A stretch of 64,000 nt of DNA, taken from positions 224,001-288,000 of the forward strand of contig CAWDPO010000017.1 in assembly GCA_963804165.1 (NCBI GenBank), given 5' to 3'. This document shows, one piece after another, positions 1 to 9,658 of the stretch. The notes below the pieces were generated by a model. That model saw nothing but the letters and a program-made list of their open reading frames with translations, had not been told where the DNA came from and searched no databases. The translations under genes and the position numbers were made by a program. The DNA comes from an uncultured delta proteobacterium. GTDB lineage: Bacteria; Desulfobacterota; Binatia; UBA9968. How positions within the stretch are numbered: the stretch's first letter is position 1; every line of letters starts with the position of its first letter.

Positions 1-132
1 GAAACAAGGCGAAACGCTTCTGGCTTTACTACTGCCGGCCAAAAACGGTTTCTTGAGCAGATTGAACAGTTGCATCTATATGTCGCGGCACTCAGATCAA
101 TGTCCGCCTCAAAGCGAACCGCGCCGCAATGA
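1..132 (+). CDS. possible 3' end of a gene entering from the left edge (hypothetical)
   Basis: Frame 1 is open from base 1 to TGA at 130-132 (ETRRNASG...KRTAPQ*); no family recognised. Confidence 0.3.
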   Translation, partial: ETRRNASGFTTAGQKRFLEQIEQLHLYVAALRSMSASKRTAPQ

Positions 133-188
133 CAACTGCCTTTATATGTCTTCAGCATTCTTCAATCCTAGCTGTATTATCTATTAGA

Positions 189-257
189 CTAAAACCTTAC
201 GAATGAGCCGCGCGGTTGCACGGTTCACGCCGCGTCGGATCCATTCGCTTGTTCGGC
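189..257 (-). mobile_element. attC-like integron cassette recombination site
   Basis: Minus strand GCCGAAC-AAG-CGAATG(G)ATCCG(A)CGCGG-loop-CCGCGCGGCTCATTCG-TAAG-GTTTTAG: R''-type AAC box, imperfect palindrome with two extrahelical bases, terminal GTT; begins 6 nt after the stop of the upstream gene. Confidence 0.7.
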
Positions 258-263
258 CGCCAG

Positions 264-956
264 CTATTTTGCGTCAAGATCGCCGCTCCAACGTTCGTGC
301 ATCAACCGCAAAGCAGAAGCAAACCGCTCTCGATGTGCCGGTTGGCAGGCCGTCAGAAACACAACGAACGGACTGTCGATCGAGAGAATCGCGGCCCCGC
401 CGACCATCGACCGGAATTGCGCCGTGAGGCGCGAGAGCATCTCTTGTCGGTTTTCGCGTTTCCAGTGTTGAAAAATGGCAATCGACGCGCCGGTGCCGGC
501 CACCTTCTCGACTTCGCGCCAGTACAAGTAGCGACACGACTCCTTCCGACCGTACGGACTTGAAGGCACCTCAAGTCCAGTATCAGGATCGAAGAACAAC
601 AGATCGGTAGAGCTCAGAGCGGCGAGGGCTCGATCAAAGTAAGCCACACGGTGAGTTGCGTCGTCGCTCAAGAGCTCGGAGAAGAACACCGCACCGGGAA
701 GTAGATTTGCCCTTTCAAGAAAACGCACGCCCCGTTCGTTGGCGTTCACGCTGCGTTGCAGGAAATCGAAGAGGAGCGGGTCACGGTGACGCCATTTCCG
801 GGAATCTTCAAGGTAGGCGAGTTTCCGACCGTCGTTGCTTTGGTCCGGCGAGGTCAACATCCAGCACACACCAACTCGGAACCCGGCCTCCGTGAAGCAG
901 CGCAACAGGCCGTACTTCCGGTAGTCGTTGACGTCACAAAAGTATTGGTCTTTCAG
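264..956 (-). CDS. conserved hypothetical protein (MKDQYFCDVNDYRKYGLLR... type), likely integron cassette gene; probable CTG start
   Basis: ORF extends in frame from 905 to CTG at 956-954, preceded by an AGGAG Shine-Dalgarno (967-963); contains a DLLFFDPDTG motif. Confidence 0.7.
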   Translation of the reverse strand: MKDQYFCDVNDYRKYGLLRCFTEAGFRVGVCWMLTSPDQSNDGRKLAYLEDSRKWRHRDPLLFDFLQRSVNANERGVRFLERANLLPGAVFFSELLSDDATHRVAYFDRALAALSSTDLLFFDPDTGLEVPSSPYGRKESCRYLYWREVEKVAGTGASIAIFQHWKRENRQEMLSRLTAQFRSMVGGAAILSIDSPFVVFLTACQPAHRERFASALRLMHERWSGDLDAK

Positions 957-992
957 GTTGATCTCCTACGTCGGCCTCACCATAGTTGAATA

Positions 993-1129
993 CTGACCAG
1001 TATATTACGGAGTCCAAAAATCAGGGTCCTGCAAAATTTAGCTTTCCGATCAACAAGTTGTCAATCAGTTTCCACTCACGGTTATGTCAATATACCTGAT
1101 ACCTGATCAGTATATTACCAATATACCTG
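993..1129. repeat. AT-rich region with 16-bp direct repeat CTGAYCAGTATATTAC (993-1008, 1103-1118) and CAATATACCTG x2 (1088-1098, 1119-1129)
   Basis: Read directly; the first copy overlaps the palindrome ATACTG-ac-CAGTAT. Confidence 0.75.
1035..1064 (-). promoter_or_regulatory. sigma70-like promoter TTGACA-N18-TAAATT pointing into the cassette gene
   Basis: Perfect -35 (1064-1059) and near-consensus -10 (1040-1035); a second TTGACA at 1090-1085. Confidence 0.5.
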
Positions 1130-1155
1130 CACCACTTTCTGGGCGGGTTCCGTCA

Positions 1156-3498
1156 TTATTTGATCACTCGACATCGTTGGCCACGATGCGCCACTGATGC
1201 GCTGATGGGATCAACGTCTGTGTTGGGAATGAGCAGATTTGAGTTTGCGCCGTTTTCACTGAACGGGTCGTGGCCGGTGAGTTTCAATTCTTGGCAAGCT
1301 TGCCACCAGCCGTACACTGTTGTGACTACCTTTGGATGAAGCGACTCATTGAACTTCGCTTTGAGTGTCACTTTTCCGTTTGCGGTTTCGACGAGGATCC
1401 ATTCGTCGTCTGCGATGCCTTGAGCTTTAGCCGTGCTCGGATGGATTTCAAGGAATGGTTCGGATACGGCGCGGCGGAGGCGGGGAACGTTGCGATGTTG
1501 TTCGTCGCAGAAATGAATGTCCCGGAAAAACGTCAATGTGAGTGGAAACTCTTTGTTGTCGTCAATTACATCTCTTTTTTTGAATTCCGCCAGCGGCGCG
1601 TAACCTACTTTGGCGAAAGTTGTCGAGTAAATTTCAATCTTGCCGGTCGGCGTATTGAAGCCCGTGGGCCTCACGTCGTCCGAATTACGCTCCGCGTACT
1701 TGCAATGACGAGTGACGGCGGTCGATCTCATGCCGATCGGGTTGGCGCGCAGTTGCTCGGTTGAAAATCCCGACGGCGCCAATTGATAGTTCAACGCCGC
1801 GTCGATGTCGCCATCGAAAAATTGTTCCGACAGCCCCAACCGCTTCGCTAAATCAAAAATGATCTCGGTATCTGACCGCGATTCGTGCAATGGCGGAACG
1901 ACGGCCGGGCGGAGTTGAGTCCAGTTGATCGTGTCCTCGGCAATTTCGAACGACGGCATCAGCGCTTCGCGCTCCCAACATGTCGCAGCGGGCAAAATCA
2001 AATCTGCGAACATTGCGCTCGGATTGATGATTGTGTCGACGTGGATGTAAAAGTCGATGGCTTCGAGCGCTGCTTTGCCGCGCAATGGATCGCCGTGACC
2101 GAGTAACGGATCGGTGCCGAACAGAGACCATCGCTTTGATCGGATAGGGTTGGCTGGTAAGAATCGCGTCGTAGACTTCGGCGGCTTGGACGAGTCCCGG
2201 ATCGGCGTTTGGACCGAGCGGATGTTTTTCATTGCCGAGACGGAGAATGGCTTTATCTTTTGGAAGCAGTTCGCGACCCGTGATCGAGTTAGTCTGGGTC
2301 GTCGCGAAGAGCACGTTGCTGCCGCGCTGATCGAACTGTCCGGTTAGCGCGTAGAAACAGCAAACGGCGCGATTCGTTTGCATCGCGTCATTGTCTTGTT
2401 CGAGACCAACCCAAGTGCAGTAGCAAGATGGTTTTTCAGTCGCGAATAAACGAACCGCTCTACGCACATCTTCCGCTGGCACTGTAGTGATTGTCTCCGA
2501 GCGTTCTGGCGCGGATTCGACGGCGGCATCCTTGAGCAATTGAAACGCCGGACGACACTCGAGCGTTGCCCCATTAGATAGCCGAACAGGGAACGCTCCG
2601 AAGAGCGCTGGAGAAATGCGGTCGGCATCGCAGCGAACTGGTAACTTGTTTTGTTCATCCCAAACGATCCACGCGTCCTTGCTCCCGTCCGTTCCCAAGT
2701 CGGATTCCGTCAGTAATTGGTTGTTGTCGGAGCGAACTAGAAATGGGCCATTTGTCCAGATGCGCGCTGAATTCCGCGTCGAAAAGATTTTCTTCGAGAA
2801 GGACATGGATCATCGCCATCGCCAGTTCGCCGTCTGCGCCCGGTTTGACGCGCAGCCAGCAATCGGCCTTCGCCGCTAGGTTTGTTTTGCGCGGATCGAT
2901 GACGATTAACTTTGCGCCACGGTTTCTGGCTCGATTGATTCGCACTGCCTGCGCGGGTGACGTCGCAGTCGGGTTGACGCCCCAGAGCAGCATGCAGCTG
3001 CGTGTTGTCGAAGTCCGGCAGGGGCATTCCCGTGCCGTACGTGTATTTGGAGCCGACGCGGCGATTCCAGGTGCAGATGTGGTTCGACGTCAAAAGATTC
3101 GGACTGCCGAAGGCGTTGGCCAGACGCTGTAACCAGCCGTCGTAGTCGATCGCGGCGCTGCCTGCCGTAGTGGCGCGAGAAAAGACTACGGCTTCGGGAC
3201 CGTAATTGTCTTTGATATCGGTCAGCCTGAGCGCGGCTAGATTGAGCGCCTGATCCCAAGTGATGCGCACCCAACCGGGGTCGGGATCGCCTTTAGGGCG
3301 CGTGCGCACCATCGGGTATTGCACACGATCGCGAGAGTAGACGATCTCCGGGGCGGCGGCGCCCTTGACGCAGATACAGCCATTCGGGTGCGCGGGATCG
3401 GCGTTCACTTGGGTCAAGACGCCGTCCTCGACCGTCGCCACGACGCCGCAGCGCGACGTGCACATGGCGCAGTAGGTGTGAAGTTTTTCAGTGGCGAT
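1156..3498 (-). CDS. molybdopterin (bis-MGD, DMSO reductase family) oxidoreductase, acetylene-hydratase-like; three +1 frameshifts (~3000, ~2768, ~2126)
   Basis: N-terminal CAMCTSRC...CVKG 4Fe-4S motif, HIC Cys ligand region, ADLILPAA, TPTGKIEIYS, EIHP and GWW C-terminal motifs spread over four overlapping ORFs; AAGGAG lies ~9 nt before ATC at 3498. Confidence 0.85.
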
Positions 3499-3535
3499 AG
3501 GAAAACGCTCCTTGGTCTATCGGGAGAAGAGAATT

Positions 3536-3562
3536 CATCACAAGGCGCGCGAAGATCACAAT
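3536..3562 (+). repeat. short purine-rich repeat related to 42655-42680, ~47444-47472 (minus) and 63955-63983
   Basis: Loosely periodic (9-nt) CACAAAG/CGCAGAG-like units in intergenic DNA. Confidence 0.4.
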
Positions 3563-3587
3563 GTAGGGGCGCGATTCATCGCGCCCT
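3563..3587 (+). repeat. GTAG-tagged REP palindrome
   Basis: GTAG-GGGCGCGAT-tc-ATCGCGCCC-T, the typical GTAG REP layout. Confidence 0.75.
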
Positions 3588-3631
3588 CGGAAACGCGAAA
3601 TAAAGCTAGGCGCAACCAGCACAAAGGAAAT

Positions 3632-4615
3632 TCATCGAAACAATTTTCGGATCATCTCGTTGACTTCGACTTCACGCTGGCTCAAGTCGACGTCGGTCAT
3701 GAGCAGCTTGTGTTGCTTGAAAAGTTTGCCGTACTTGGAGTCGATGTCGTCGCGAATCGGCACTCGGCCATATTGATTGATTACTTCCTGGCCTTCCTTG
3801 GTCAGCAGCCACTCGATGAAGAGCTTGGCAGCAAACGGGTGGGGCGGTTGAGATGGCAAGGAAGCGGCGACCGTGTAGGTGATGACCGGTTCAAGGCCGA
3901 TCCAATCTACCGGCGCGCCCTTGCTCTTCAGATTGTCGACTGAATATTCATAGACCCCCGCCATGATCGCGAATTCACCGGCGGCGAGTAAGTTTAAAAG
4001 ATTGGTATTGCCAGCCATGACGTGCGCGTTTTGGGCGGCGAGCTTTTCTATGAACGGGCGGCCTTTGAGCTTGAGCAGCATGGAGAACCATTCGATCTTG
4101 GTGTTGTCGATGCCCATGACGTTTTTCCACTTCGGGTTTAACAGATCTTCGTAGGTCTTGGGCGCTTCGGCACGTTTGACCTGACGGCTGTTGAAACCCA
4201 TCAACGTGCCGCTGGCGTATACGGACGTCCAAAAGCCTTCCGGGTCTTTGTACTGGCTAGGATAGGAAGCGGATTCCATCGGAACGTAGCGGCTCAAGGC
4301 GCCGCGTTTTTTCAGGATATGGGTCTCGATGACGCTGGTGTGCACAACATCGGCCAGGCGTTGTTTGGCCTGTTCTTCCAACAACACACGGGTGACGAGT
4401 TTCTGTTTGTCGGTGCGAAAGTATTCGGTCTTAATGAAGGGATAACGCTTGTTGAACGCGGTGAAATACATTTGCAATTGCTGGACGGCGGCGGACGCAT
4501 AAAGGACCAGCTTGCCTTCATTCTTCGCGCCGGCGATGAGCTGGTCTTGGGTTTGGGCATGGGCTAAGATTACGAACGAATATAGAAATAGAATTGCGAT
4601 CAGCGATGATTTCAT
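3632..4615 (-). CDS. extracellular solute-binding protein (Fe3+/polyamine PBP2-type ABC SBP)
   Basis: Signal peptide; AKNEGKLVLY, PKTYEDLLNPKWK, PHPFAAKLFIEWLLTKEGQ motifs. Confidence 0.85.
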   Translation of the reverse strand: MKSSLIAILFLYSFVILAHAQTQDQLIAGAKNEGKLVLYASAAVQQLQMYFTAFNKRYPFIKTEYFRTDKQKLVTRVLLEEQAKQRLADVVHTSVIETHILKKRGALSRYVPMESASYPSQYKDPEGFWTSVYASGTLMGFNSRQVKRAEAPKTYEDLLNPKWKNVMGIDNTKIEWFSMLLKLKGRPFIEKLAAQNAHVMAGNTNLLNLLAAGEFAIMAGVYEYSVDNLKSKGAPVDWIGLEPVITYTVAASLPSQPPHPFAAKLFIEWLLTKEGQEVINQYGRVPIRDDIDSKYGKLFKQHKLLMTDVDLSQREVEVNEMIRKLFR

Positions 4616-4742
4616 TCATCCTCCCGTCCGGGGAAGGTAATCGACGGATGCGTGTTGTGTCAACCGCTGGCTGAATTTAGCGCGTCGACAAAGCCGCTAT
4701 TTTCCATTAGGATTAATACAAAAAGGTGCGAGGTTTTAAGCC

Positions 4743-6365
4743 ATGGCAGCTCCACAATTTGTCTATCAAGATCCGTTACCGGTTGTGAAGGACACCACGA
4801 AGTACCGGCTCCTGAGCAAAGACTATGTCAGCGTGTCCGAGTTCGAAGGCAAAGAGATTCTCAAGGTCGCGCCCGAGGCGTTGACGCTGCTCGCGAGTGT
4901 GGCGGTACGCGACGTGTCGTTCTTGTTGCGCACGGCTCATCTGGAGAAAGTCGCGGCCATCCTCAAAGACCCCAAGGCATCGGATAACGACCGCTACGTC
5001 GCCTTGGCGATGTTGCGCAACGCCGACACGGCGGCGAAAGGCATCCTGCCATTTTGCCAGGACACCGGCACGGCGACGATCTTCGGCAAAAAGGGACAGC
5101 AGGTGTGGACCGGCGTGAAAGACGAAGAACATCTTGCCAAGGGAGTTTACAAAACTTACACAGAGGAAAACCTGCGCTATTCGCAAACGGCCCCGCTCAA
5201 CATGTTCGACGAAGTCGATACCGGCACCAATCTGCCGGCGCAGATCGATCTCATGGCGACGGAGGGCATGGAATATCACTTCCTGTTTGTCACCAAGGGC
5301 GGAGGTTCGGCGAACAAGACAACGCTGTATCAAGAAACCAAAGCGCTGCTCAATCCGGCGAGCTTGGAGAAATTCCTCACGGAAAAGATGAATACGCTCG
5401 GAACCGCAGGCTGCCCGCCGTATCATTTGGCGTTCGTCATCGGTGGAACGTCGGCCGAAGCTTGCTTGAAGACGGTCAAGCTTGCGACGACCGGCTATCT
5501 CGATCACCTCCCGACCACGGGCAACGCGCATGGACGGGCGTTCCGCGACGTAGAGACAGAAAATAGGATGCTGGAGCAAGCTTACAAGTCCGGCTACGGC
5601 GCGCAGTTCGGAGGGAAGTATTTTGCGCTCGACGTGCGCGTGATCCGATTGCCGCGCCACGGCGCTTCGTGCCCGGTGGGTATGGGCGTGTCCTGTTCCG
5701 CCGATCGCAACGCCAAAGCCAAGATCAACAAGGACGGAATTTGGCTCGAAGAGCTGGAACACGATCCAGGACGACTGATTCCCGAGGAATATCGCGGCAA
5801 GGTCGCCAGTAACGTCGTCAAAGTCGACCTCAATCGGCCGATGGCCGAGATCTTGGCGCAGCTCACGAAATATCCGGTGACCACACAATTGTCGCTGACC
5901 GGCACGATGATCGTCGCACGCGATATCGCGCACGCGAAAATAAAGGAAAGACTCGATCGGGGTGAGGGCATGCCGCAATATATGAAAGATCACCCGGTCT
6001 ATTATGCCGGACCGGCAAAAACTCCCGAAGGCATGCCGTCCGGCTCTTTCGGGCCGACAACGGCGGGACGGATGGACTCCTACGTGGATTTGTTTCAGTC
6101 GCATGGCGGGGCGATGATCACGCTCGCCAAAGGCAATCGCAGCCAGCAGGTGACCGACGCGTGCAAAAAGTATGGCGGGTTTTACTTGGGTTCCATCGGC
6201 GGGCCGGCAGCCATTCTCGCCAAGGAAAACATTAAAAAGGTAGACGTTCTAGAATATCCCGAGCTCGGCATGGAAGCGATCTGGAAGATCGAGGTGGAAG
6301 ATTTTCCGGCATTTATCCTAGTCGACGATAAGGGAAACGATTTCTTCAAGCAGATCCTGCACTAG
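4743..6365 (+). CDS. fumA: fumarate hydratase class I (Fe-S)
   Basis: [34 protein letters not shown] motifs; 540 aa. Confidence 0.95.
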   Translation: MAAPQFVYQDPLPVVKDTTKYRLLSKDYVSVSEFEGKEILKVAPEALTLLASVAVRDVSFLLRTAHLEKVAAILKDPKASDNDRYVALAMLRNADTAAKGILPFCQDTGTATIFGKKGQQVWTGVKDEEHLAKGVYKTYTEENLRYSQTAPLNMFDEVDTGTNLPAQIDLMATEGMEYHFLFVTKGGGSANKTTLYQETKALLNPASLEKFLTEKMNTLGTAGCPPYHLAFVIGGTSAEACLKTVKLATTGYLDHLPTTGNAHGRAFRDVETENRMLEQAYKSGYGAQFGGKYFALDVRVIRLPRHGASCPVGMGVSCSADRNAKAKINKDGIWLEELEHDPGRLIPEEYRGKVASNVVKVDLNRPMAEILAQLTKYPVTTQLSLTGTMIVARDIAHAKIKERLDRGEGMPQYMKDHPVYYAGPAKTPEGMPSGSFGPTTAGRMDSYVDLFQSHGGAMITLAKGNRSQQVTDACKKYGGFYLGSIGGPAAILAKENIKKVDVLEYPELGMEAIWKIEVEDFPAFILVDDKGNDFFKQILH

Positions 6366-6374
6366 ATTCACTGT

Positions 6375-6403
6375 CGCCGGCGTCGCGACAAATGACGCCG
6401 GCG
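6375..6403. terminator. GC hairpin between convergent genes (possible bidirectional terminator)
   Basis: CGCCGGCGTC-9 nt-GACGCCGGCG; no strong U-tract. Confidence 0.55.
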
Positions 6404-6420
6404 CATAAACCAAGTCGCCG

Positions 6421-7014
6421 CTACAGAAAGTTTTCCAGATCGAATCGATCAGTGCCCGCCGAGCGTCCTTCGATTCGCACATAGTCGCCGTTGCGTAGTC
6501 GATTAAACTGATCGATCACGGCGGGCAAGGCGTTGAAAGCGACCGAAACAACAATTAGACGATTGCGTTGGTCGCGGAGCTCGAACGTGCCGCGCCGTTG
6601 GTCGACATATTCGATTCGTCCCTCGGTACGGTCCAATCGCCCGGCGCCGCGTTTGTTGCCGCGATCTTGCACGCTCTCTCTGACGGTTATCGTATTGGTA
6701 TAGTCCCGACCATCGCGGTCTTGCTGGAGTCGCGCTGCGATGTAGTCGCCGGGTTCGAGGCTGGCGACAGAGTAGTTGCGTTGCTGATAGACAACCTGGG
6801 TTCTATCGTCGTAACGGAGGACCGACGTGCGGCCCGAATCCGTGCGGATTTCGATCTCGCGCGCTCGTGTATCGACGTAAGCAACTTCGCCGACAACATC
6901 GCCACCCGTACCGCCATAATTGCCCAAGCCATCCACGTGTCCCAACTCATGGCAGCCGGTGAAAGCCAGTGTTGCCAGGGTCAGAAAAGCCAACAGCCGC
7001 GACGCAAGATTCAT
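6421..7014 (-). CDS. lipoprotein with two repeated small beta domains (DUF5666-like)
   Basis: AAGGAGG before ATG 7014; lipobox LAFTG-C; repeated GEVAYVD/GRIEYVD ... L(E/R)xGDY(I/V) units. Confidence 0.7.
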   Translation of the reverse strand: MNLASRLLAFLTLATLAFTGCHELGHVDGLGNYGGTGGDVVGEVAYVDTRAREIEIRTDSGRTSVLRYDDRTQVVYQQRNYSVASLEPGDYIAARLQQDRDGRDYTNTITVRESVQDRGNKRGAGRLDRTEGRIEYVDQRRGTFELRDQRNRLIVVSVAFNALPAVIDQFNRLRNGDYVRIEGRSAGTDRFDLENFL

Positions 7015-7260
7015 ATGAAGCCTCCTTTCCAACGATCGATTGCGGTCGTTGCTAAATATCCCGCTGACTTTCTTGAAGATCGCCGGAGCGAGCAAATCGG
7101 CAAATTTACTCATGATAATACAAACCACCCGTATTTTCGCGCTCTTTCACCCGCTTGTCGAGCAGGCCAAAGCGGGCTACTTTGTTTGACGCTCGAAGAC
7201 GAATAGAGTTACGTTGCCTGGAGGATCCGATCCGACTCGGAGGAAAAGGGAGGATAAACT

Positions 7261-8271
7261 ATGCCGACCATCGATGCCGATGCTCATGTGATCGAGAGCG
7301 AGCAGACCTGGAGCTACATTTCGGATGAAAAGTTAAAGCCTTTCTTGATTCAACCGGGCGGCGGTCGACCACAAAATTGGCTCATCGATGGCCGTGTTTT
7401 CAATCGCGGCGTGAACGTCAATCGTGAATTGCCTGAGGCGATACGCGAGATGCGCGACATCGAGGGCCGCCTGAAACACATGGATGAACTCGCTATCGAT
7501 CTTCAGGTGCTTTATCCATCGCTCTTTCTTCGTCCATTGACGAGCAAGCCGGAAGTCGAAGTGGCGATTTGCCAAAGCTACAATCGATGGCTCACGGATA
7601 TCTGTAGCAAAAGTCAAGGGCGGCTCCGTTGGGTCGCCGTGGTACCGGTGATCGATATCGCTAGCGCCGTTGCCGAGGTTCAGTTCGCTGAAGCTAACGG
7701 CGCATGCGGAATCTTCATGCGCGGTTTGATCGAGGACATGCGGCTCAGCGATCCGTTCTTTTTTCCGTTATATGAGGAAGCCGAAAAGTCGGACCTTCCA
7801 ATCTGTGTGCATGCGTCGACCGGAAGCTTCGACTGGGTGCAACTCTTCGACGGCGAGAACGGTTTCATGCGGTTCAAAGTACCCGTGCTTTCGGCCTTTC
7901 ATTCTATTGTTCACGACGGCATTCCCAAGAAGTTTCCAAAACTGCGCTTTGGCTTCATCGAAGTGCGCGCTCAGTGGGTCCCGTACATGGTGGTTGAGAT
8001 CGCCAAGCGATTCGAGCGGGAAAACAAAATGACGGCGCGGAACATGATTCGCGACAACCGTGCCTATGTGGCCTGCCAGACCGACGACGACCTTCCCTAC
8101 GTCCTTAAATATTCCGGTGAGGACAATATCGTGATCGGCTCGGACTACGGTCATAACGACACGTCGTCGGAGATCGAGGCTTTGCGCACCCTCAAGGACA
8201 AGGGCGAGGTCGAACCCAGAATCATCGACAAGATTCTTTACGATAACGCCAAGGCGCTCTATGGGTTATAG
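7261..8271 (+). CDS. amidohydrolase family 2 protein
   Basis: IDADAHV, LPICVH, GSDYGH, ILYDNAKALY. Confidence 0.9.
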   Translation: MPTIDADAHVIESEQTWSYISDEKLKPFLIQPGGGRPQNWLIDGRVFNRGVNVNRELPEAIREMRDIEGRLKHMDELAIDLQVLYPSLFLRPLTSKPEVEVAICQSYNRWLTDICSKSQGRLRWVAVVPVIDIASAVAEVQFAEANGACGIFMRGLIEDMRLSDPFFFPLYEEAEKSDLPICVHASTGSFDWVQLFDGENGFMRFKVPVLSAFHSIVHDGIPKKFPKLRFGFIEVRAQWVPYMVVEIAKRFERENKMTARNMIRDNRAYVACQTDDDLPYVLKYSGEDNIVIGSDYGHNDTSSEIEALRTLKDKGEVEPRIIDKILYDNAKALYGL

Positions 8272-9304
8272 CGGCTTCGGGTTCCGGGTCTCGGGGTTTG
8301 GATTGACCGTGGACCGCGGACGGGAGATAGGTAACGTTGTCCTACGAAGACGCCGTCAAGCCAGCATCGTCATACTCTTTCTCACGCATTTGTTCTTCCA
8401 ACTCCCTTCCGCTGAAGCGCAAGAGCGCATCCGCATAGCGCCGTCGTCGCCGGGCTTGGCGGCTTGGCCAATGCACCTGGCCGCCAAAGAAGGGTTTTTC
8501 GCACGCGAGGGTTTGAGTCCGGAGATCATCGTCATGCGCACCAACACCGGCATCGCCGCGCTCGTGACCGGCAGCGTCGATTTTACCACCGCCGGCGGTT
8601 CGGCCATGCGCGCGGCCGTGAACGGTGCGCCGATCAAAATGATATTGAACGTGAACAAAAAAGCGGATCTTTGGATTCTCGCGCAGAAGAATATTCAGCG
8701 GATCGAAGAGTTGCGTGGCAAGATGATCGGCGTGGGCGGAAACTGGGGCACGCAGTTCTATCAAGTCCTCGAAGCCTTGAAACCGTCCGGCGTCGACAAA
8801 GACGTCCAACTCGTATCCACAGGCGACGTGGCCAACGGCTATTTGTCTTTGCAACAGGGGAGCATGCCCGCGGTCGCTTTGACGCCGCCTTACAGTATTC
8901 TGGCCAAGCGCCAGGGGTATCGGGACTTACTTCGAACCGGCGATGTGGTCGGAGTATCGCCCACGACGGCGCTCGTCACGACTAAAGAAAAGTTGGAACG
9001 TGAGCCGCAGAAAATTCGCCGCGCCGTCCGCGCCGTCATGAGAGCCGTCGAGTACGCGAAAGCGCGCAGGACGGAGTTGGTGCAATTCATTTCGCGCCAG
9101 TACAACATGGAGCGCGAAGTATCCGACGCGGTTTACGACGCGCTCATGGATACGCTCAATCCAACGCTGTGGCTGACCGATCAGGAAATTCAGCTCGAGC
9201 TCAACCGCATCGCCGAGCAGAGTAAAATGAAAATTGCCGCGAAGCCGGCGGATGTGGCGGATTTTGCGATTACCAAACTAGTGATTCAGGAATTGGCAAA
9301 GTAG
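8261..9304 (+). CDS. NMT1/SsuA-type ABC substrate-binding protein (true start probably downstream of 8261)
   Basis: Signal peptide ending AEA-QE; KEGFFAREGL, IEELRGKMIGV; the first codons are GGGTTYC-like heptamer repeats. Confidence 0.85.
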   Translation: MGYSGFGFRVSGFGLTVDRGREIGNVVLRRRRQASIVILFLTHLFFQLPSAEAQERIRIAPSSPGLAAWPMHLAAKEGFFAREGLSPEIIVMRTNTGIAALVTGSVDFTTAGGSAMRAAVNGAPIKMILNVNKKADLWILAQKNIQRIEELRGKMIGVGGNWGTQFYQVLEALKPSGVDKDVQLVSTGDVANGYLSLQQGSMPAVALTPPYSILAKRQGYRDLLRTGDVVGVSPTTALVTTKEKLEREPQKIRRAVRAVMRAVEYAKARRTELVQFISRQYNMEREVSDAVYDALMDTLNPTLWLTDQEIQLELNRIAEQSKMKIAAKPADVADFAITKLVIQELAK

Positions 9305-9354
9305 CCGCGAATCGTAATGAATTAGATACGTTCAATCTTGGTGCGTCCGAACTT

Positions 9355-9596
9355 CTTCCCCCTTGACGGGGAAGATCGAGATAGGGGTGCTTGACGAGAT
9401 TGCGCGGTGATACGCTGCACGGAATAACACCCCACTTTCATTCTCCCCGTCAGAGATTGTGGCGCAATTGGAAAACTCGCATGAATGTCATTCTGAGCGC
9501 CAGCGAAGAATTTCGAATTTCCTGTTGCTTACGAAGACGAGATCCTTCGGCTATTGCCTCAGGATGACATTGAGACACCGCCTTTTAAGGCGGAAA
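9355..9596. repeat. nested composite repeat: purine/pyrimidine REP doublet (family A) > MITE-like unit with TIRs (9452-9584) > TGTCATYCTGAG palindrome doublet (family C, 9486-9569)
   Basis: Outer arms CTTCCCC..GGGGAAG/GGGGTG..CACCCC; TIR-like AGAGATTGTGGCGCAAT / ATTGAGACACCGCCTT; homologous to 60094-60256 in reverse orientation. Confidence 0.65.
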
Positions 9597-9658
9597 AATT
9601 AACTGGAATGCTTCGACGAAACTTCTATTGATACCTCAGATGCGAAGACGCTACCGAC

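Noticed and set aside
966-983. Stop-codon readthrough (pyrrolysine/recoding) at the in-frame TAG upstream of the cassette gene
   Set aside because: The SD and conserved N-terminus point to a start after the TAG; no pyl or sel machinery seen
4776-6104. Long antisense ORFs (4776-6104, 10829-11668, 60906-61799 and others)
   Set aside because: They overlap well-supported genes and are expected in GC-rich DNA
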